DNA of 64,000 nucleotides from an uncultured delta proteobacterium (GTDB taxonomy: Bacteria; Desulfobacterota; Binatia; UBA9968): assembly GCA_963745835.1 (NCBI GenBank), contig CAVUZH010000016.1, forward strand, positions 256,001 to 320,000, written 5' to 3'. The translations under genes and the position numbers were made by a program. A model generated the notes under the pieces. That model was not told where the DNA came from. It saw only the letters and a list, made by a program, of their open reading frames with translations, and searched no databases. Below, in pieces: positions 28,578-38,991 of this stretch (its first letter is position 1; each line of letters begins with the position of its first letter).

Positions 28578-29960
28578 TTAGTAGCCTGTTGCCTTTTGCT
28601 GAGGACCCTTGATGTCATCTCGATTTAACAATCGGAGGTCGGTTAGAATATTTCTCAGGAACTCTCTTCGGGTACTAGCGGTTTTCGCAATCGCTTCTTC
28701 AGCGTGCTCCAGCGTCATGTCCGTATTTGCATGGGCACTGGAAGAAACGTTATCTGTCACTAAAATTCCTACATATATCTCGGCCTGCTGAATACTGTCT
28801 CTTGAGTTGACCGCCTTCATAATATGAAACAGCTCCTGATCAACAGTTCTCACTCGGTCCCTTTTCATTCCCTCGGCCCATTGAGTTGTCTCGACAACTA
28901 CATTCTCAACCGATGCGTGGGCGGTTTGAATCCTGCCTTGCGCGACCGCTTTGTTTCGAATCAGATGTATTAAAACCCCTCTGTGTTGGACCGCTGGAAA
29001 CGGATCTCCGTTCATCACCATCGTAGGAGTGACTATTCGACCGACAATAGTCGGATCTTCTATAGCTCCGGCGCTGCCAAGAAAAACGATCGTCGGCGGA
29101 CTCGTCCCGGAGATTGCAAGGATCGCTTCGATCAATTCGCCTGATCTGCTCGCATATATCCGGTTGTGGTCGATGGAAACCAGGAGAACTTTCCTGCCAT
29201 TGGCGTTTTTGAACCAATTTATCCGCAACGATTCATCTGAGTAGAGTTCCGGATCGTGAATTCCTTCGGCCTTTAACAGAGAGCGAGTGTCTCCAATGAA
29301 TCCAATCATCACCGTGTCGGGACTGCTAACGCCGTGCTTAGCGAAAAAATCAACAAATTCTTGCCGAGCGCTGCGTGAAGACATGAACACCTTGAGGGAT
29401 TTTTTGAACGTGTGTAGCTTGTCGCGATACTTCCGTTGGCGCTCAGGGTCGGTGAAACCGGCGAGGTAAATCAGGCGAATGATCGTCTTTAGAGCGACCT
29501 CTCTGCCATTCTGCCCGATGATAATCAGATCATGTTGTGCCGGTGCGTGCTTTGCGGAAAATAATCGGATCTCGCCCGGCTCTTGATCTTTCTCCAGCGG
29601 AACAACAGATTCGTAGTGCTTTGGCAAGTTTGCTCGAACATCCTTTTCCAGGCCGCCGTAAAATACAACCTGCGATGCGCTAAAGATCGTATCTTGATAT
29701 TGCCCAAAGCGTTTAAACGTATACCATCGCTGATCCAGTACGGCGCCTTCTTTTTCATTCTTTGCGATGAGTCTCTCTGCATGGCCAACCAGCTCTTCAG
29801 TTCGATCCTCGAATGAAATGCGAGGTTCACTGAATTCTCGGATAGTCTCGTGTGATTGGCTTGTGAAGGATCCTTGACCGATGTCGATTCGCGCGGAATT
29901 GCACGCCAGCGAGAAGATTACGATGAGCGCAGAAAATAATGTTGCCGCGGAGCGGTTCAT
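28578..29960 (-). CDS. Hypothetical lipoprotein with possible nucleoside-phosphorylase-like C-terminal domain
   Basis: Lipobox SLAC; IVFLGSAGAI and VDQE motifs. Confidence 0.55.
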   Translation of the reverse strand: MNRSAATLFSALIVIFSLACNSARIDIGQGSFTSQSHETIREFSEPRISFEDRTEELVGHAERLIAKNEKEGAVLDQRWYTFKRFGQYQDTIFSASQVVFYGGLEKDVRANLPKHYESVVPLEKDQEPGEIRLFSAKHAPAQHDLIIIGQNGREVALKTIIRLIYLAGFTDPERQRKYRDKLHTFKKSLKVFMSSRSARQEFVDFFAKHGVSSPDTVMIGFIGDTRSLLKAEGIHDPELYSDESLRINWFKNANGRKVLLVSIDHNRIYASRSGELIEAILAISGTSPPTIVFLGSAGAIEDPTIVGRIVTPTMVMNGDPFPAVQHRGVLIHLIRNKAVAQGRIQTAHASVENVVVETTQWAEGMKRDRVRTVDQELFHIMKAVNSRDSIQQAEIYVGILVTDNVSSSAHANTDMTLEHAEEAIAKTASTRREFLRNILTDLRLLNRDDIKGPQQKATGY

Positions 29961-29963
29961 GGA

Positions 29964-30683
29964 TTATCCGCTAGCAGCGGCGTGAGGGGTTAACGCCAAA
30001 CGAAAGCCGTAATCGGCGTACCGAAAACTTGGCGGCAGAGAGCTGCGCGCCGCACATCGGCTAAACTTGATCCGGTGACGCCATGAACCGCCGCGTGACG
30101 CGCGCCTTAACCCTGAGGGCGGCCCCTGAGGATTCCTGTCAGGAGAATAGCTGTAATAGCGATAGTCATAGTAATCGCTGCACCACTCATGAACGCCTTC
30201 GCTCATGTCGTATAATCCAAAATCGTTGGGCTCGTTCATGCCGATTCGCTGCGGTCCGCCGGTCATCGTATCGTAACCGGGATACGCTCTTTGACAAGGT
30301 GGTTCATCGCCCCAAGGATAGGGCGCGTCTTGGCGCTGACCACGCGCCGCCTTTTCCCATTCGGCTTCGCTCGGCAGCCGGAAAGCTTTGCCGGTCCGCG
30401 CGCGCAACCAAGCGCAGTAGGCCACCGCATCATGCCAGCTGACGCCGACAACCGGCTGCTCGGGATCCGCAAACATCGGCTCCGACCAAAATGGCGCAGC
30501 CACAGCCTGGCGCTCCTCAACGCAGACTCTGTATTCTCTGTTGGTGACCGGAACCTTTGCAATCGCGAACGAATCGAGCCAAACCCGATGGCGCGGCATT
30601 TCATTTTCCGGCCCGACATCGCTTCCCATTAAAAAGAAGCTTGCCGGAATAGTGATCATCTCAGGCATAGCATCAACCATCAC
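29964..30683 (-). CDS. SUMF1/EgtB/PvdO (FGE-sulfatase fold) family protein
   Basis: FLMGS, PVTNREY, PVVGVSWHDAVAYC, RLPSEAEWEKAARG, RGGSW, GFRL. Confidence 0.88.
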   Translation of the reverse strand: MMVDAMPEMITIPASFFLMGSDVGPENEMPRHRVWLDSFAIAKVPVTNREYRVCVEERQAVAAPFWSEPMFADPEQPVVGVSWHDAVAYCAWLRARTGKAFRLPSEAEWEKAARGQRQDAPYPWGDEPPCQRAYPGYDTMTGGPQRIGMNEPNDFGLYDMSEGVHEWCSDYYDYRYYSYSPDRNPQGPPSGLRRASRGGSWRHRIKFSRCAARSSLPPSFRYADYGFRLALTPHAAASG

Positions 30684-30786
30684 GATCAGATTAGGTTTGC
30701 CCGATTGGTGTTGTCAACGACAATCAACTTATTGCACAAGCTTTGCGGATTGCCTATAAGCAGTTCTCAAAGGACAGGAGGGTTGC

Positions 30787-31830
30787 ATGAGGATTAGAGA
30801 TATAATCGCTGCGGCGCTAGTCGCTTTGATCTCGTTATTTTGGGGGAGCGCGGCACAAGCTCAAGCAACGCCATTTTACAAGGATAAAACCATCCGCATC
30901 ATCGTTGGTTTTACCGCGGGCGGCCTTTACGATCAGTATGCGCGCATTCTCTCCCGCCATATGCCCAAGTACATTCCTGGAAACCCGAATATCATTGTAC
31001 AGAACATGCCCGGCGCCGGTTCGCTGACCGCGACCAACTATGTTTATAGCGTCGCCAAGCCGGATGGTTTGACCCTCGGCATGCCCGGGAGCGGCATCTA
31101 TCTCGATCAGATGTTGGGACGAAAAGAAGCGACCTTCGATGTCACTAAACTGGCATGGCTTGGCAGCGTGGACCAAAGGGACTTGGTGCTTTACATGAAA
31201 GCCGACTCACAGTGGAAATCGATTGAGGACATTCTCAACATCAGCGAGCCTGCCAAATGCGGCGCAACCGGAACATCGGACTTGACGACAATCATGGTCA
31301 ATATTCTTGAAGAAACCCTCGGCGCCAAGTTCAACAACGTTAGAGGCTATCCGGGGGGCGTTGAGATCGACCTGGCAATTGAAAAAGGCGAAATCCATTG
31401 TCGGGGCACTGGCATTACAACCCACTTTGCCCGGGAGCCGTATTTCACCTGGCACAAGTCCGGCTTCGACAGGCACATAGTACAAACCGGAACCAAAAAA
31501 GACTCGCGGCTGCCGGATGCGCCGACATTGTCCGAACTGATGGACAAAAAGAAAACACCCGCGCTCAGCCGTAATGTCGCACGCGTGATGCTGGTCTCCG
31601 CGACTTTGGGGCGCCCGCTCATTGGTACGCCGGGTATGCCGCCAGAGCGCATCAAAGTTCTGCGTGAAGCCTATCTCAAAGCCTTCGCCGAACCGGAGGT
31701 CGTTCAAGAAGCCAAGAAGAGCCACCTCGATCTCGAAACTCTAGCCGGCGCGGAAGTCGAAACGCAGATTCGCGAGGTCATGAATCAACCGCAGGAAGTC
31801 ATCGAACGAGTGAAGAAGCTGTCTGAGTGA
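30787..31830 (+). CDS. Bug/TctC-family substrate-binding protein
   Basis: FYKDKTIRIIVG, VQNMPGAGSL, AKPDGLT. Clear paralogue of 20402..21460. Confidence 0.9.
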   Translation: MRIRDIIAAALVALISLFWGSAAQAQATPFYKDKTIRIIVGFTAGGLYDQYARILSRHMPKYIPGNPNIIVQNMPGAGSLTATNYVYSVAKPDGLTLGMPGSGIYLDQMLGRKEATFDVTKLAWLGSVDQRDLVLYMKADSQWKSIEDILNISEPAKCGATGTSDLTTIMVNILEETLGAKFNNVRGYPGGVEIDLAIEKGEIHCRGTGITTHFAREPYFTWHKSGFDRHIVQTGTKKDSRLPDAPTLSELMDKKKTPALSRNVARVMLVSATLGRPLIGTPGMPPERIKVLREAYLKAFAEPEVVQEAKKSHLDLETLAGAEVETQIREVMNQPQEVIERVKKLSE

Positions 31831-31878
31831 TTGAGTGGGAGGGTTGTTTGTGCTTCAGTTCTGAATACGACGTCCGAT

Positions 31879-32133
31879 ATGGAAATACATATTAAAATGG
31901 CTCCGGCGCAATATAAGCGATTGCGTAACTCCTACCCTATCGACTCTCCGGTACGTGATCTCATTGATAATGCCAGACGACTTGATCATGCCATCGAGGG
32001 GGTGCTGTTTGCCGGCTACACGATCGTTTGTAACGAGGACCAAGCGCGAATCTTTTTAGAGACAGCCCGGCAATGCTGCCCCGAGGTAATCCCACACATA
32101 GAGCAAGCCATCAAGCTCGCCCAAAGCGGCTAA
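31879..32133 (+). CDS. Small hypothetical protein
   Basis: 84-aa ORF filling the gap; ends ARQCCPEVIPHIEQAIKLA. Confidence 0.5.
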   Translation: MEIHIKMAPAQYKRLRNSYPIDSPVRDLIDNARRLDHAIEGVLFAGYTIVCNEDQARIFLETARQCCPEVIPHIEQAIKLAQSG

Positions 32134-32191
32134 TGGCCGGTATAGAACAAGTGCGCTCTAATTGGCTGGAGCAGAGCAAGCTGTCATGGCT

Positions 32192-33175
32192 TTACCCTTT
32201 CGCTGCTCTTTGTACTTTCCTTAATAGACTCATATCTTCCAGGTCATCAGGCGTAAACGGCTTGACGATTTTTAAACTGTCCCTGTAGACATCAATCTCG
32301 CGCTCAACAGCGGCGCGCGGTTTAGTGCCATCTTTGCTGTAGGATTGCATCTGCGTCGCAAAAGCCTTTTCTGCCAGCGGCAAATCGATTTTGTGAAAGC
32401 CGGCGATGTATTGAATAACCTCATGCCGGTTAGCCGGGTTGTGCAGGTAAACCAAAGTACGATGCAAGCCGGCGATCAGCCCATAAGCTTTGGTCGGATC
32501 TTTTGTCAATGAATCGGTGGATGCGACAAGACCGATGAAGCTAAGCGGCGCATAAGTCCTCGCTTCAGCCAGTCGCCGGTAGCCCTTCGCTTCCAATTCT
32601 TCGATGTACGGCGGTGCCATCAGGGTGGCGGCGACTCTGCGCGAGGTTAACGCCTTGTAGGCGTTGTCGGTCACTTGCGTCGCTAGAAGCGTCACCCGTC
32701 CCGGATCAATGCCATTGCCTTTTAGGACCAACGCCGCAGACATCCCCACAGCATCGGTCAGAGCCGTAACCGCAACCACTTTTCCGATCAATTCTTGCAC
32801 GCTTTTAATTTCAGGTTGCGCGATCAGCGCGTGGCTTGGATCGTGCTGCACGTAGAACACTCTCTTCAGCGGCAACCCACGCATGATGGCAGAGGTCGCG
32901 GCGCCCAAGGTCGCGGAGAAGTCCAATTCGCCGGCGACCAAAGCAGCGATGGCGGTGGGCGGCGCCATGACGATCAACTGCGGATCGATCTGCTCCGCTG
33001 CGAAGAATCCTTTATCCTTGCCGAAGTAGTACGGCATAATCGACAGACTCCTCGATGGAACATGAATGCTTACACGGGTCGCGCTCGACGCCGCAGCGCC
33101 CGGTGAAGCAAATAAGCTAATCACAATCAGGATGACGAGTGTGATGACCATCTTGGCGCCAAAAATTTTGTACAT
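32192..33175 (-). CDS. ABC transporter substrate-binding protein, NMT1/SsuA-like
   Basis: Signal peptide, PYYFGKDKGFF, ALVAGELDF, DMSLLRKV. Confidence 0.85.
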   Translation of the reverse strand: MYKIFGAKMVITLVILIVISLFASPGAAASSATRVSIHVPSRSLSIMPYYFGKDKGFFAAEQIDPQLIVMAPPTAIAALVAGELDFSATLGAATSAIMRGLPLKRVFYVQHDPSHALIAQPEIKSVQELIGKVVAVTALTDAVGMSAALVLKGNGIDPGRVTLLATQVTDNAYKALTSRRVAATLMAPPYIEELEAKGYRRLAEARTYAPLSFIGLVASTDSLTKDPTKAYGLIAGLHRTLVYLHNPANRHEVIQYIAGFHKIDLPLAEKAFATQMQSYSKDGTKPRAAVEREIDVYRDSLKIVKPFTPDDLEDMSLLRKVQRAAKG

Positions 33176-33402
33176 GAAACCTTCTAGTTTGCTAAGGTCG
33201 GAGCACGGCCTCGGATGAATCAATTCCGACGCCGAAACCCGGGCTCGCCGGGCCTAAACACATTTTAATTAAATCGCGAGGCGAACGCCCGACGCTCTGC
33301 GCGAATCTAATGATGCTCGAAATCGGTGACCATGAGTTCTCCAGCTAAACGAAGTAGCCTAAGGAGCGCCCAAGGTGGTGCGGATTAACGCAAACCTCGT
33401 AC

Positions 33403-34260
33403 TCAACTGTCAAGCGCTATGCTCTGGTTATCTCTGATAAAGCACACAGGCATATGGGTCGTGTTGCGAGCGTAACCGATTCGTCCGTGGCAATCGATCA
33501 TGATCAGGCCGGCTTGGGCTCCTGTTTTTGCCTCCAACAGTTCCAGAGATTTACGCGCGGCCGCATTTGGATCGATCCCTTCGGCGAGAAAGTCGATGGC
33601 AGTCTTGCCCAGGACAACGCGAATGATCGCTTCGCCCAATCCCGTGCAAGAGACACCACCGCGATCATCGGCATACGTTCCGCAGCCGGGCAGGGGGGAA
33701 TCGCCGATGCGGCCCGGCAGCTTATTGAAAATCCCGCCGGTGGAAGTCGCCACGGCGATCTTTCCGTTAGCGTCCAACACCACGCACCCCACCGTGCCGT
33801 GCTTCTCTGCCCAACGTTTTCTCTCGCGTTCGACAACCAGCGATTCTGGAGAACATTCCGGAAAGCCAATTTCCCGCGCAAACATCAGCGCGCCCTCGCC
33901 CGCCAGGATCACGTGCCGGCCATCCTCCATGACCCGACGCGCTAGCTTGATCGGGTTCTTGATTCGTTGTAACGCTGCCACGGCGCCAACACGCAACAAA
34001 TCGCCGTCCATGATCGCCGCATCCGTCTCCACTTTGCCAATTTGATTGAGCGTCGAACCGGTACCGGCATTGAAAAGCGGATTATCTTCGAGGACCATCA
34101 CTGCGGCTTCCGCCGCGTCCAGTGCCGATCCGTTCTGCGCAAGAATATCCCAGGCCGCCAGCGCCGCTGCTTTGCATCCGTCGAGCCGCTCTGGCAGCGA
34201 ATCGTCCCGGATCGGACCGGCGCCGCCATGGACGATTACGGCTGGTTTGGCATTGGTCAT
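33403..34260 (-). CDS. iaaA: Isoaspartyl peptidase/L-asparaginase (Ntn hydrolase)
   Basis: IVHGGAG, LEDNPLFNAGTGS, HG|TVGCV autoproteolysis site, ATSTGG, GRIGDSP. Confidence 0.9.
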   Translation of the reverse strand: MTNAKPAVIVHGGAGPIRDDSLPERLDGCKAAALAAWDILAQNGSALDAAEAAVMVLEDNPLFNAGTGSTLNQIGKVETDAAIMDGDLLRVGAVAALQRIKNPIKLARRVMEDGRHVILAGEGALMFAREIGFPECSPESLVVERERKRWAEKHGTVGCVVLDANGKIAVATSTGGIFNKLPGRIGDSPLPGCGTYADDRGGVSCTGLGEAIIRVVLGKTAIDFLAEGIDPNAAARKSLELLEAKTGAQAGLIMIDCHGRIGYARNTTHMPVCFIRDNQSIALDS

Positions 34261-34343
34261 AATGTTTCAAAACAATCTGGAGTGTTACCGGATAATCCTC
34301 CGCGCACCATCGAGTCTCGACTTTGAACTACCAGGGCGCTTTG

Positions 34344-34970
34344 TCAATTCAGTTCTCTGAGGATCGCGCGGCAGGGTGCGCCGTCCGATCCCGCCAGTTT
34401 CACCGGTGGGCAAATCAGCTCATACCGGCCCGGCGGAACCTGCGATAGATCGACGCCCTCGAGAAGCACCACTCCGTGATCGAGGAATGCTCGATGAACC
34501 GGAACCTGTTCATCGGCATGAGCCGCTGAAAGATAGTCGAGACCGACGAGACGAACGCCTGCATCGACCAATGCCTTCGCGCCGTCAACTGAAAATGCGG
34601 CGAAACTCGCATCATAGACGCCTTTGTGCAGTAGCTGCGAGTTGCGCGTTTTGAACAAGACTCGGTCCTCGCCTCGGATCGCGAGTTTGTTGATATCGCC
34701 TGCTGTTATATGACTGCCGGGTTCGAGCTCACAAACCCTGGCCGGGCCAATGAATAGATCCAGCGGCAGCGATTCGATCGTGACGCCCTCGGGTACGAAA
34801 TGGAAAGGCGCGTCGACATGGGTCCCGGCATGCACGCTGGTATGGATCGACGATGAATTGTTCGTATCGCCGCGGCTCATACGCTTGCGCTCGATTAGTT
34901 GCAGCGGGGTTCCGGTGACCCAATGAATCGTCTGAGGCGAAAGGCTCAGAGAGATATCGAAGAGTTTCAC
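34344..34970 (-). CDS. Cyclase family metal-dependent hydrolase (KynB-like)
   Basis: HAGTHVDAPFH, VGLDYLS, GSDGAPCRA. Confidence 0.9.
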   Translation of the reverse strand: MKLFDISLSLSPQTIHWVTGTPLQLIERKRMSRGDTNNSSSIHTSVHAGTHVDAPFHFVPEGVTIESLPLDLFIGPARVCELEPGSHITAGDINKLAIRGEDRVLFKTRNSQLLHKGVYDASFAAFSVDGAKALVDAGVRLVGLDYLSAAHADEQVPVHRAFLDHGVVLLEGVDLSQVPPGRYELICPPVKLAGSDGAPCRAILRELN

Positions 34971-35030
34971 GGCAGCACCTCCTGTCGTGTCGGATCTTAT
35001 GCGACACTGTTCGGACTCACAAGTATGAAC

Positions 35031-35906
35031 TCATCTGCCCAGATGGATCGCCGCATTGCCGGCAACGACGCTCAATATACCGAGAAGAGTTTTAAGATTG
35101 ATCGGTTCCATCTGCCGCAGAAAAATTCGTGCTTCAATGAGCGCCCAGATTGGATAACTGGCAGCGATCGGCGCTACCACCACAACCCGGCCCATACTGA
35201 TGGCTGTTATGATAAAAAGAATTGAAAAGGTTTCGAATAAGCCGGTGCCAATAAACGGCCAAAAAGACCTGCGGTCCCAGACCAGCTTCTGTGACCGCGG
35301 CGAAGCCGCCAGGTAGATCAAAAATCCAGCTAGAGAGACAGTGCCCATAAGAGCGGAAAAAAACAGCGGCTCGTTGGCCATGGCGAGAACGTAACGACGA
35401 ATCGGATGGTTCATGCCGGTCAGAAAAGCGGCTCCGAGCGGCAGCAATAGGTGCCACCGGCGAAATGCCGCAAGCTGTTGTTCCGGCTTCCAAGAAACCA
35501 AAACGATGCCGCCAACCACCAGGACCGTCCCCAGCACGATCAACAGAGAGGGTTGTTCGCCGAGAATTGTCACCGCAATAATGGCGCTGACTAACGGGCT
35601 GATCGACTGGAGCGCGCTGCTGCGCGATGCGCCGATCTTTTCCACGCCGGTATAAGCAAGAAGTCGAACACCCAGCTGAAAGATTCCTACCACAGTAAAC
35701 AAAAGAATTCCGGCTAACGGCACCGCATGCACGCCGCCGCTGGCATAGACTGCCGACCACAGCAGCAGGTTCTGCATGAGAATCGAAAACAGGGTCACCG
35801 TCGTCGGGGTTGAATAGCGCAGGCCGGCGCGCGCCGACACCAGCGCGGATGCGTATAGGACCGAGGTTATCAAAGCCAGCAGTTGCGCTGTGGCGTCGGA
35901 AGTCAT
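35031..35906 (-). CDS. EamA/DMT family transporter
   Basis: About 10 hydrophobic segments in two repeats; IGASRSS..ISPL..ILGE. Confidence 0.85.
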   Translation of the reverse strand: MTSDATAQLLALITSVLYASALVSARAGLRYSTPTTVTLFSILMQNLLLWSAVYASGGVHAVPLAGILLFTVVGIFQLGVRLLAYTGVEKIGASRSSALQSISPLVSAIIAVTILGEQPSLLIVLGTVLVVGGIVLVSWKPEQQLAAFRRWHLLLPLGAAFLTGMNHPIRRYVLAMANEPLFFSALMGTVSLAGFLIYLAASPRSQKLVWDRRSFWPFIGTGLFETFSILFIITAISMGRVVVVAPIAASYPIWALIEARIFLRQMEPINLKTLLGILSVVAGNAAIHLGR

Positions 35907-36184
35907 AACCAGGTGAAACTCGCAACAACAGAAGCACGCTTTGATGAGAGTGAAGGCAGTTTAAATTACTCGAGCTGGGCGTCGGGCCGAGCCTCTTGAT
36001 AGACTCGTTTACAGATGCTTGAAGGTCAACCGTTCTCTAGAAAATTTTCTGTAGATTCTTTTACTGGCGGCTCGAATTTCCAAAGCATCGTGCGGTTCCC
36101 GTAATCGTGTGCATAGAATCGGCTCTCGGCTCTGAGCCCCACACGCAACCAGAGCCAAGCGATGGAGCCAAGGAACGGGGGTCT

Positions 36185-36752
36185 TCAGCTGGCTGCGAGC
36201 GCGCGGCGAAATTTTTCACGATGCTCGTGGCTGTAAAGCCGCGGGAAATTCTCGGGGTACGCTTCGCCGGGTTCGACTTTCAGATCGACAAAGATCGGCC
36301 CGTCTTCCTTTAGAATGCGCGGCAACTCGCGTTCCCATTCGGCAATATCGGCCAGTTCGTAGGTGTTTCGGTATCCTGCGGTTTTGGCAAGATCGCTAAA
36401 TCGAATTTGTCCGGCGCGCGGTATCGGCACGGCGCCGTTGGTTTCGTAGGTGCCGTTTTCGCAAAGGCAATGAACTAGATTCTTTGGCGCTTGGTTGGCG
36501 ATGGTGACCAAGCTGCCAAGGTTCATCAGCAAACTACCGTCTCCGTCGAAAACGATGATCGCGCCGGTCCGGGCGCCCGAGGGCCAAACCGAGAGCATGG
36601 GATGAACCCTGCCCCATCGCGCCGGTGAAAGTATAATTAAGATCATTGGGCGCAATATGCGTAATCTCTTGCGCCGCCATGTAAACCGCCACAACGATTT
36701 CATCTTTTCGTTGACGTGCGAAGGCTTTGAGCATTTCATCGCGTTTCATCAT
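36185..36752 (-). CDS. TPP-dependent decarboxylase beta subunit (ComE/phosphonopyruvate decarboxylase-like); +1 frameshift near 36560
   Basis: GAMGQGSSHALGLALGRPDRR in ORF 36534..36752 joins IIVFDGDGSLLMNLGSL...ENGTYETNG in ORF 36185..36739. Confidence 0.8.
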
Positions 36753-36754
36753 CG

Positions 36755-37264
36755 CTAGCGCGGCTCCCTTCCGATTAGTACAGCTACAGGAAACGATTCA
36801 GCGAAGGCTTTGTCGATGGCCGGGCCGATTTTTTTCGCGTCGGCGTCACGCTCAACGAGGTGGTGTTCGATTCCCATCACGTCAAGAATCGGCTCGATAA
36901 TCTTCACTCCATACTTCTTGGACTTTGTCGGCGCCACGTCCGGTTCTTTACCCAGTAGCCCGACAATCATGCAGACCGGAAATCTCCCTTCGACGCCAAT
37001 GCCGCGGATCGAGTTGATCGAATCGAGTAAACCCGTGTACTGCATCATCAGAACCGAACGCTTGCCTGCGGCGTAAAGCCCGCTGCACACCGAGACGCCT
37101 TCGTCTTCCTTGCATACCTGAACGACATGAAAGTCGCCGTCGCTCAGCATTCCTTTGAGAAGATGTTGACTGGTGACCCGGTCCGGCAAGGCAACGACGA
37201 AGTGAATGCCGGCGCGTCTAATCTCGCTGCTGATTGCTGCAGCCGTCAACGGGTAATCGGGCAT
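36755..37264 (-). CDS. TPP-dependent decarboxylase alpha subunit (ComD-like)
   Basis: FVVALPD, CKEDEGVSVCSGLYAAGKR, MQYTGLLDSIN. GGAGG RBS before ATG 37264. Confidence 0.82.
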   Translation of the reverse strand: MPDYPLTAAAISSEIRRAGIHFVVALPDRVTSQHLLKGMLSDGDFHVVQVCKEDEGVSVCSGLYAAGKRSVLMMQYTGLLDSINSIRGIGVEGRFPVCMIVGLLGKEPDVAPTKSKKYGVKIIEPILDVMGIEHHLVERDADAKKIGPAIDKAFAESFPVAVLIGREPR

Positions 37265-37288
37265 GGCAGCCTCCCCGGATAAAAATCT

Positions 37289-37451
37289 GTTCAACCGTTC
37301 AAGGTTCAACGTCAGAGCACTTTCGCGCGTTCAACCTACTCAAACCGATCGGAATAGGTTTGCACCTAAAACATTGAATGTTTTGAGCCATCGGCGTTGT
37401 GCGGCTCCCGGCTGTCTGGCATTGAACCTTTGAACTGTTGAACTTTTGAAC
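37289..37451. repeat. Inverted array of 7-8-bp tandem units
   Basis: GTTCAA at 37289/37297/37304/37329 and TTGAAC at 37422/37430/37438/37446. Confidence 0.8.
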
Positions 37452-37455
37452 CTTC

Positions 37456-38967
37456 CTATGCGACTTCCTGCACAAAATCCGCCAAGCGCTCGCCGATCAT
37501 GATCGAGGTTAAATTCGTATTGGCCCGACTCACGACCGGCATAATCGAAGCGTCTCCAACCCAAAGATTGGCAATCCCATGAACCCGCAACCTCTGATCG
37601 ACCACCGCCATGCTGTCAGACGCCGGTCCCATCTTACAGGTGCCAACGCCGTGATGATAGCTGTCATAGGTCGTCCGCGCGAACTTGCCCCAATCTTCGC
37701 CGGGACTTGGTTGAATCAAAGGACCGTAAAACTCTCTGGTCTGCTCCTTGTGCACGAGCTCATCGATGAACTGCATGGCTTCGATCATTGCTTTTAAATC
37801 TTCGGGATGTTCGAGCATGCAGGAGTCAATGCCGAGCTGCTCCTGAGGGTCCGCGCTCTGCAAAAAAACCCGGCCGCGATTTCGCTGCTCGAGCAAGTGC
37901 GCCGAGACCGGCATCATGCGCTTAAGGCCGCTCACCTCAGTCGGCGGCCGCATGTTGATGTGAAAATTGGCCGCCTCACTGATTGGGTTCTTACGAATGA
38001 TCAGGCGGAAGCGCGGCACAACCCAATCTTCTTTGGACTCTCTGGGCCCTTCGAAAGTCATAAACACCACCGGATGGTCTTGATAGTTTTCGCCGATTCC
38101 TTTCAGCTCATGGACCACCGGAATGCCATGTTTTTTTAGCTGGTCACTTTGGCCGATTCCCGAAAGCATCAGTATCTGCGGCGAACCATATACCCCGGCA
38201 GTGAGCAGAATTTGCCCGCCCAGCACGGAGTGCACCTGGCCGTTCTTCTCATAACGCACGCCTTCGGCTTTTTTGCCAGAGAGCTGCAGAGAGTGGACCG
38301 TGGCCTCAGCGATAATCGTCAAATTGGGCCGGCCACGTACCGGGTCGAGATAGGCTATCGTCGTCGATTGGCGTTTGCCGTTCTTAATATTGTACGGCGA
38401 AGCGCAAACACCGTACGGCTCCGGCACGTTGAGATCGGGACATCTCGGCAAGCCCATACTATAAGCGGCGTCAATGAATGCGCGCACCGGCGGCGATGCC
38501 GGCATATCGAGAGTATAATGCCGCTTGACGTAGAGCGGCCCATCGTTACCGTGAATCGGACTATCGGGAAAATCCTGGTCCGACTCGATGCGTCTCATAA
38601 ACGGCAAGCAGGTCTGGTAGGACCAATCGGGATTGCCGGCCTGCACCCATTGATCAAGATCATAACGCTGCGGGCGCAGCACCGACATCACGTTTACCGA
38701 AGAGCCGCCGCCCATAATGCGGCCGGCAAGGGCATAATAAGTGCTGCCGTCGAGATGCCGTTGGGTCGGAAACATCGCGACGTATTCTGATTCAAGTAAC
38801 AAGCGCGTCTGATTCGAAGCCTCGGCGACAAGCTCGGGCAATGGCTGCGGGTCAGGCCCGGCTTCGAGCAACAAAACTTTGCGACTCGGGTCTTCTGTAA
38901 GCCGGTTGGCGGCCACGAGGCCGGCGGAGCCTCCGCCGACGATAATAACGTCATACTTATCTGCCAT
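37456..38967 (-). CDS. GMC family FAD oxidoreductase (choline dehydrogenase-like)
   Basis: DVIIVGGGSAG, GRIMGGGSSVN, SPQILMLSGIG, HHGVGTCKMG, NTNLTSIMIGE. Confidence 0.92.
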   Translation of the reverse strand: MADKYDVIIVGGGSAGLVAANRLTEDPSRKVLLLEAGPDPQPLPELVAEASNQTRLLLESEYVAMFPTQRHLDGSTYYALAGRIMGGGSSVNVMSVLRPQRYDLDQWVQAGNPDWSYQTCLPFMRRIESDQDFPDSPIHGNDGPLYVKRHYTLDMPASPPVRAFIDAAYSMGLPRCPDLNVPEPYGVCASPYNIKNGKRQSTTIAYLDPVRGRPNLTIIAEATVHSLQLSGKKAEGVRYEKNGQVHSVLGGQILLTAGVYGSPQILMLSGIGQSDQLKKHGIPVVHELKGIGENYQDHPVVFMTFEGPRESKEDWVVPRFRLIIRKNPISEAANFHINMRPPTEVSGLKRMMPVSAHLLEQRNRGRVFLQSADPQEQLGIDSCMLEHPEDLKAMIEAMQFIDELVHKEQTREFYGPLIQPSPGEDWGKFARTTYDSYHHGVGTCKMGPASDSMAVVDQRLRVHGIANLWVGDASIMPVVSRANTNLTSIMIGERLADFVQEVA

Positions 38968-38991
38968 CGAAACTCTTCCTCCGTCGCGCGC

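Noticed and set aside
29964-30683. True formylglycine-generating enzyme
   Set aside because: The segment after RGGSW has only one Cys, and no sulfatase gene is adjacent.
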